3,030 bases of DNA from Candidatus Krumholzibacteriia bacterium. GTDB lineage: Bacteria > Krumholzibacteriota > Krumholzibacteriia > LZORAL124-64-63. The notes beneath the pieces were generated by a model. It ran no database searches, was not told the DNA's origin, and saw only the letters and a program-made list of their open reading frames with translations. The DNA lies in the NCBI GenBank assembly GCA_036351155.1, contig JAZBOO010000372.1, positions 1 to 3,030 on the forward strand, in the 5' to 3' direction. Positions 1 to 3,030 of the stretch are shown here, one piece after another (position 1 is the first letter of the stretch; the number at the start of each line of letters is the position of its first letter). A program made the position numbers and the translations under genes.

Positions 1-380
1 ACCAGCATGCTGACCACGCCATCGGTGATCATCACGGGTTCAGATACAGGGTAAGTGCCTTCGCGCCAGTCGAGGGTTCCGGTGGCGCCCGCCCCGGTAA
101 GGTGGGCGGTGACCGGAATGGCCAGGTCACTTTCGGCGAAGGGCTCGAGGACCATGCTGTCGGGAACGGTGAGCATTCCTTCCCGCCAGGTCAGCGAGAT
201 CTGCCCCACACCCGGACCGGATTGCCACTGGTAACTGGCCAGCGAGTCACGGGCGCCGCCGATGATCAGGTAACCGGGATGGCCCAGTTCGCCGGAACGT
301 GGCCCGGATTGCGCGAAGACCGCATCCCCCAACAGACCCGAACAGACCATGAGTAGAAATAGACCAACACGCTGGGACAA
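1..380 (-). CDS. Putative exported (Sec signal peptide) hypothetical protein, 3' end truncated by the window edge
   Basis: My own translation; it is missing from the ORF track because no stop lies in the window. The frame is open from 488 to the left edge. Best start is TTG at 380-378 with AGGAG (395-391) 10 nt upstream. Translation: MSQRVGLFLLMVCSGLLGDAVFA/QSGPRSGELGHPGYLIIGGARDSLASYQWQSGPGVGQISLTWREGMLTVPDSMVLEPFAESDLAIPVTAHLTGAGATGTLDWREGTYPVSEPVMITDGVVSML... It has a basic n-region, a hydrophobic h-region and a V-F-A|Q signal peptidase I-like site. Confidence 0.75.
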   Translation of the reverse strand, partial: MSQRVGLFLLMVCSGLLGDAVFAQSGPRSGELGHPGYLIIGGARDSLASYQWQSGPGVGQISLTWREGMLTVPDSMVLEPFAESDLAIPVTAHLTGAGATGTLDWREGTYPVSEPVMITDGVVSML

Positions 381-390
381 AACTGGAACA

Positions 391-395
391 CTCCT
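391..395 (-). promoter_or_regulatory. Shine-Dalgarno (AGGAG) for the exported-protein gene
   Basis: Minus strand reads ttcAGGAGtgttccagttTTG, with 10 nt to the TTG start at 380. Confidence 0.6.
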
Positions 396-484
396 GAAGC
401 GGGTAGACTCCGGAACACAAACGAACGCATTCGGAAACTCCGGATCTTGATCAGTCCAGATGCTAGTTCCAGACGCTGTGCGTA

Positions 485-1342
485 TCAATCAGAATCATCG
501 GCCCCCGCCACCTTTTGCCCAAATTGCGCAAGCACGGTGCCCGGGGAAGGATGAGATTCCCCCACCTGCCGGGAAAGGATGGTCAGCCCCACCTCGGCCG
601 GGCCCTTGATGCTTGCCATGGCCTCACGGCATCTGTCCACATCACGAGATTCCAGGCCAGCGAGTTCCGATCGGGGTGAAGAAAGGCAACTCTGGTCCAC
701 GATGATGATTTCCAGCCGCAAGGGCGTCAGAAGCCTCAGAGCCCGGTTCAATGTATAAAAACTGGACAGAGATCCGGCCTCGGACGGGCCCAGGCACCAG
801 GCCAGGGTACTGCTGGCCGGCAAGCGCAAAACCTCGGCTCCCGGCACAAGATTGGCAGCCTCCAGCAGTCCAAGCTGATGGTTGTTCAAGCTCCCCAGAT
901 TCCTGACGGGAAAGGGTTTCCTGTTCGAAGGTGGCCTGCTACGAGATTTACCCCGAGGAGATTCCGGGAGGGCCTCCAGAGAAACGGACCAGAGGCAGGG
1001 GTCCGGAGCCCCGGCCAGCGACAGATCGCTGGATCCGGATTGAAGTTCCGGGGCGAACTCCTGCAGGTGACTGATGGCCGACCAGTGCAATCGTGGTGAT
1101 TCCCTGAGCTGGACCTGGCTTGACCTCATGCCACGGATCATTCCCGCGCAAACCCACGCGATCACATGCCCATGCCCCGACCCGGCCACGGCCAGACATT
1201 CAGCCCGGTCAGAATCAATGGCCGCTTCCTGTTCACTCGGTTCCAAAAAATGATGCGCAATAGCAGAGATGTGGTGAGGTCGTTTCTTGTTTCCTCCGGA
1301 TAGACCTTCGGTGAACCGACCCTTCGGTTTTTCTGGAACCAT
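485..1342 (-). CDS. Hypothetical protein (285 aa), possibly a degenerate/inactive ParA/MinD/FlhG-like P-loop fold
   Basis: Long ORF starting 40 bp after the stop of the ParA-CBM48 gene on the same strand, with ATG preceded by GGGGGA (1357-1352). Its segments line up in order with ParA/MinD elements, but the catalytic residues are missing (see findings). The CDS call is fairly secure; the fold assignment is inference. Confidence 0.75.
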   Translation of the reverse strand: MVPEKPKGRFTEGLSGGNKKRPHHISAIAHHFLEPSEQEAAIDSDRAECLAVAGSGHGHVIAWVCAGMIRGMRSSQVQLRESPRLHWSAISHLQEFAPELQSGSSDLSLAGAPDPCLWSVSLEALPESPRGKSRSRPPSNRKPFPVRNLGSLNNHQLGLLEAANLVPGAEVLRLPASSTLAWCLGPSEAGSLSSFYTLNRALRLLTPLRLEIIIVDQSCLSSPRSELAGLESRDVDRCREAMASIKGPAEVGLTILSRQVGESHPSPGTVLAQFGQKVAGADDSD

Positions 1343-1351
1343 ACTGACTTA

Positions 1352-1357
1352 TCCCCC
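1352..1357 (-). promoter_or_regulatory. Putative ribosome-binding site (GGGGGA) for the 285-aa gene
   Basis: Minus strand reads gactGGGGGAtaagtcagtATG, with a 9-nt spacing. Confidence 0.45.
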
Positions 1358-1382
1358 AGTCAAACTGTCGTTTGTCTCCCCG

Positions 1383-1655
1383 CTAGGGGATTTCCACCAT
1401 GCTGTTTGCGCCCCCGAATTCGTTGGGAACAGTTTCGCTGTTGTGCGGATCCGGCAACCAGGCGCCGTCCACGATAAAACGGTATTCATAACGTCCTGGA
1501 TCCAGAGCCAGGTGGGCCTCCCACATCCCATCCTCCCGCTTCTGGAGTCCCAGGCCCTTGGCAGACCAGTCACAGAAATCTCCGGTGATGCGCACGGTTT
1601 TCGCACGCGGAAAATCGGCCTCGAAGCAGACACCGGATTGTGTTATTTGCGGTCC
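1383..1655 (-). other. Glycogen/starch-binding CBM48 (AMPK1_CBM-like) domain-coding segment of the ParA fusion
   Basis: The motifs G-D-F-x-x-W, L-x-P-G-R-Y-E-Y-R-F-I-V-D-G-x-W-x-x-D-P and F-G-G-x-N-S are characteristic of the AMPK beta-subunit glycogen-binding domain family. Confidence 0.9.
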
Positions 1656-2456
1656 GTGGAGCAAGGACATCCAGTGATCCAGACCCGCCACCGTCAGATC
1701 CACTTCCTGTTCACAGACTTCCCTGGCCAGGTTGCGGAAGTCGAGGGCACCACGGCTTTCAGGGTCAAACTCCACCACAGGCTGTCCCAGTCCGGCGGCC
1801 TCCTTGAAGCGCACAGTGTGGTGAATGATGGTCTCGAACAGTTCCTGATCGTACAGTTCGTCCAGTTCCTCCATGAGCTTGCGCACGAATCGGGGCCGGG
1901 TGTCGAAGTCTGAAAGCAGGACCCGCGGGATGATATCATGCCCCTTCTTATCCCGGAGAACGGCCAGGGTTTCCCTCATTTTTCGGACAGCCTGCAGGCT
2001 GTAGGTGCTGGGATCCACGGGGATGATGACCTCTCCACTGGCCAGCAGGGCATTGAAGGTCAGGAGACTGACGCTGGGGGGACAATCGATCAAAACGTAG
2101 TCATAGGGCAGGTCACTGCGGCGAAGATTGTTGCGGAGTCGAAGGTCCCGCTCCTTTTCCCCGGACAGCTGCTGCTCGACGGCGCTCAGTTCGATGCCGG
2201 CGGGAACCAGATGGAAGCCGGGCCCGATTTCCAGGAAGGCGTCCTGCACCAGAATGTCGCTGCTGAGGTAGAGATCGTAGGTGGAGAGGGAAAAATCGCG
2301 TTCCCGGAAGCCGAAGGCCAGGGTGGCGTGCCCCTGGGGGTCGTTATCGATCAGTAACACCTTTTTGTCGAGCCGGGCCAGAGAGGCGCAAAGATTGGTG
2401 GTGGCGGTGGTTTTTCCACAGCCGCCTTTCTGGTTGGCCAAGGCGATGACTCTCAT
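1383..2456 (-). CDS. ParA/Soj-family ATPase with C-terminal glycogen-binding domain (AMPK1_CBM / CBM48-like E-set), 357 aa
   Basis: ParA/Soj domain at aa ~1-250: deviant Walker A KGGCGKTT (aa10-17, nt 2429-2406), Walker A' LLIDNDPQG, Walker B VLIDCPPS, LLTFNALLAS, and C-terminal VRFKEAAGLGQPVVEFDPESRGALDFRNLAREV. AMPK-beta-like CBM48 at aa ~268-357: AKTVRITGDFCDW...DGMW...LDPGRYEYRFIVDGAWLPDPHN...NEFGGANS. SD AAAGGA lies 6 nt before the ATG. Confidence 0.95.
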   Translation of the reverse strand: MRVIALANQKGGCGKTTATTNLCASLARLDKKVLLIDNDPQGHATLAFGFRERDFSLSTYDLYLSSDILVQDAFLEIGPGFHLVPAGIELSAVEQQLSGEKERDLRLRNNLRRSDLPYDYVLIDCPPSVSLLTFNALLASGEVIIPVDPSTYSLQAVRKMRETLAVLRDKKGHDIIPRVLLSDFDTRPRFVRKLMEELDELYDQELFETIIHHTVRFKEAAGLGQPVVEFDPESRGALDFRNLAREVCEQEVDLTVAGLDHWMSLLHGPQITQSGVCFEADFPRAKTVRITGDFCDWSAKGLGLQKREDGMWEAHLALDPGRYEYRFIVDGAWLPDPHNSETVPNEFGGANSMVEIP

Positions 2457-2462
2457 ATCGAA

Positions 2463-2468
2463 TCCTTT
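2463..2468 (-). promoter_or_regulatory. Shine-Dalgarno (AAAGGA) of the ParA-CBM48 gene
   Basis: Minus strand reads gtcgAAAGGAttcgatATG, with a 6-nt spacing. Confidence 0.7.
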
Positions 2469-2525
2469 CGACCTGAAACCGCAATTGAAGCCAGTTTGGC
2501 GGTGTTGACCATCTATGTCGAAAGG
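2464..2525 (-). repeat. Perfect 9-bp inverted repeat (CCTTTCGAC ... GTCGAAAGG) in the ParA-CBM48 leader, overlapping the SD
   Basis: CCTTTCGAC at 2464-2472 and GTCGAAAGG at 2517-2525 are exact reverse complements. They enclose an inner ACCGC (2478-2482) / GCGGT (2499-2503) stem. Confidence 0.6.
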
Positions 2526-2555
2526 TGGCGGCCTCCTGCCGATACCTGTGGGGAG

Positions 2556-2607
2556 ATAGTCCGGCGAAGAAAGTGTACTGTCAACAAGAAATAATGAAAA
2601 CTTTAAT
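2556..2607 (-). promoter_or_regulatory. Putative sigma70-type promoter for the ParA-CBM48 operon
   Basis: Minus strand has a perfect -35 TTGACA (2584-2579), a 17-bp spacer and a weak -10 GACTAT (2561-2556). Immediately upstream is the most AT-rich stretch of the window (2585-2607), which is UP-element-like. Confidence 0.55.
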
Positions 2608-2660
2608 CGACACCCCAGCAGATTGTGTCCGAAACGCTCCAGGAAGGTCCTGCAAAAGAA

Positions 2661-3030
2661 TCAGGGGACGAAGATGGTCCACAATGCCCCAAAAACCACC
2701 CCCCCAAAAACCTCCCACCAGGTATGCCCCACCAGTTCCCTCAAGCGCCCCTGATCCAGCTTCCGGTGAGCCAGAACCCCATCCATCAACTCATTCAACA
2801 GCTGCGCCTGGTTTCCGATCTCCTGCCGCAACCCCGTCGCCTCCAGAATCACGAACAAGCTGAACACGAGCACCAGACTGAAAATCGAGGAATCGAACCC
2901 CTCCATGCGCCCCACCAGCAGGCTCAACGTGGTGACCGTCGCCGAATGGGAACTGGGCATCCCACCGTTGGAAAGGAATAACCCCGGTTCCCATTTGCGC
3001 TTGACCACAAGGGCCAGCACGACTTTGAAG
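2661..3030 (-). CDS. Divergent PAP2 family (DUF212; acid phosphatase/vanadium haloperoxidase-related) membrane protein, 5' end outside the window
   Basis: Signature GGMPSSHSA (nt 2966-2940), hydrophobic TM segment SIFSLVLVFSLFVIL, (D/E)AxGxRxxxGxQAxxLN, and LRELVGHTWWEVFGG. The frame stays open to the window edge (...FKVVLALVVKRKW), so the GTG at 3020 is probably internal. Confidence 0.92.
   Translation of the reverse strand, partial: FKVVLALVVKRKWEPGLFLSNGGMPSSHSATVTTLSLLVGRMEGFDSSIFSLVLVFSLFVILEATGLRQEIGNQAQLLNELMDGVLAHRKLDQGRLRELVGHTWWEVFGGVVFGALWTIFVP

Noticed and set aside
102..356. Plus-strand 84-aa ORF
   Set aside because: It is the codon-aligned antisense shadow of the minus-strand signal-peptide gene and has no recognisable motifs.
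381..488. Alternative TTG start at 488 overlapping the upstream stop (TTGA) for the leftmost gene
   Set aside because: It would bury the signal peptide 36 aa inside the protein. The TTG at 380 has a clear AGGAG SD. It cannot be fully excluded.
1345..1362. TGACT/AGTCA inverted repeat around the RBS of the 285-aa gene
   Set aside because: Only 5 bp with the SD left in the loop, which is within chance expectation.
1383..2456. Calling the gene canonical chromosomal parA/soj, minD, or a glycogen branching/debranching enzyme
   Set aside because: It has no adjacent parB, no terminal MinD membrane-targeting sequence and no GH13 catalytic domain. The CBM48 is fused only to the ATPase.
878..2508. ORFs 878-1099(+), 948-1199(-), 1287-1913(+), 1349-1633(+), 1694-1939(-), 1938-2357(+), 2281-2508(+)
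   Set aside because: All overlap better-supported minus-strand genes in antisense or alternative frames, which is common in GC-rich DNA, and none shows domain motifs.
2519..2545. Plus-strand GCCGATAC resembling a sigma28 -10 box
   Set aside because: There is no good TAAA/TCAAG -35 at the correct spacing, and it points antisense into the DUF212 gene with no credible gene to drive.
2640..2660. CAGGA-AGG-TCCTG hairpin just after the DUF212 stop as a terminator
   Set aside because: It is a 5-bp stem with a 3-nt loop, and on the minus strand the T-run precedes rather than follows the stem.
2525..2994. ORFs 2525-2863(+), 2625-2981(+), 2791-2994(-)
   Set aside because: These are shadows of the DUF212 gene. 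The Pro-rich composition comes from reading the G-rich coding strand in antisense.
1..3030. parS palindrome, CRISPR array, tRNA/rRNA, IS ends
   Set aside because: By eye I found no TGTTTCACGTGAAACA-like site, regularly spaced repeats, cloverleaf, or transposase with terminal inverted repeats.

Overview
GC-rich bacterial DNA carrying four co-oriented minus-strand genes. In transcription order these are: (1) the 3' part of a divergent PAP2/DUF212 membrane protein (2661->3030); (2) after a 204-bp gap with a sigma70-like promoter and a structured leader, a ParA/Soj-family ATPase fused to a C-terminal AMPK-beta-type glycogen-binding CBM48 domain (1383-2456); (3) a 285-aa hypothetical protein that looks like a catalytically dead ParA/MinD/FlhG-fold protein with a short N-terminal peptide motif (485-1342); (4) an exported protein with a signal peptide and an internal WREG repeat, absent from the ORF track and running off the left edge (<1-380). 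The main hypothesis, which is inference, is an orphan ParA-CBM48 plus pseudo-ATPase system that positions or partitions alpha-glucan (glycogen) granules. Its leader contains a perfect 9-bp stem able to occlude the Shine-Dalgarno sequence. I saw no parB, parS, mobile element, CRISPR array or RNA gene. Family assignments come from motif recognition by eye; no searches were run.
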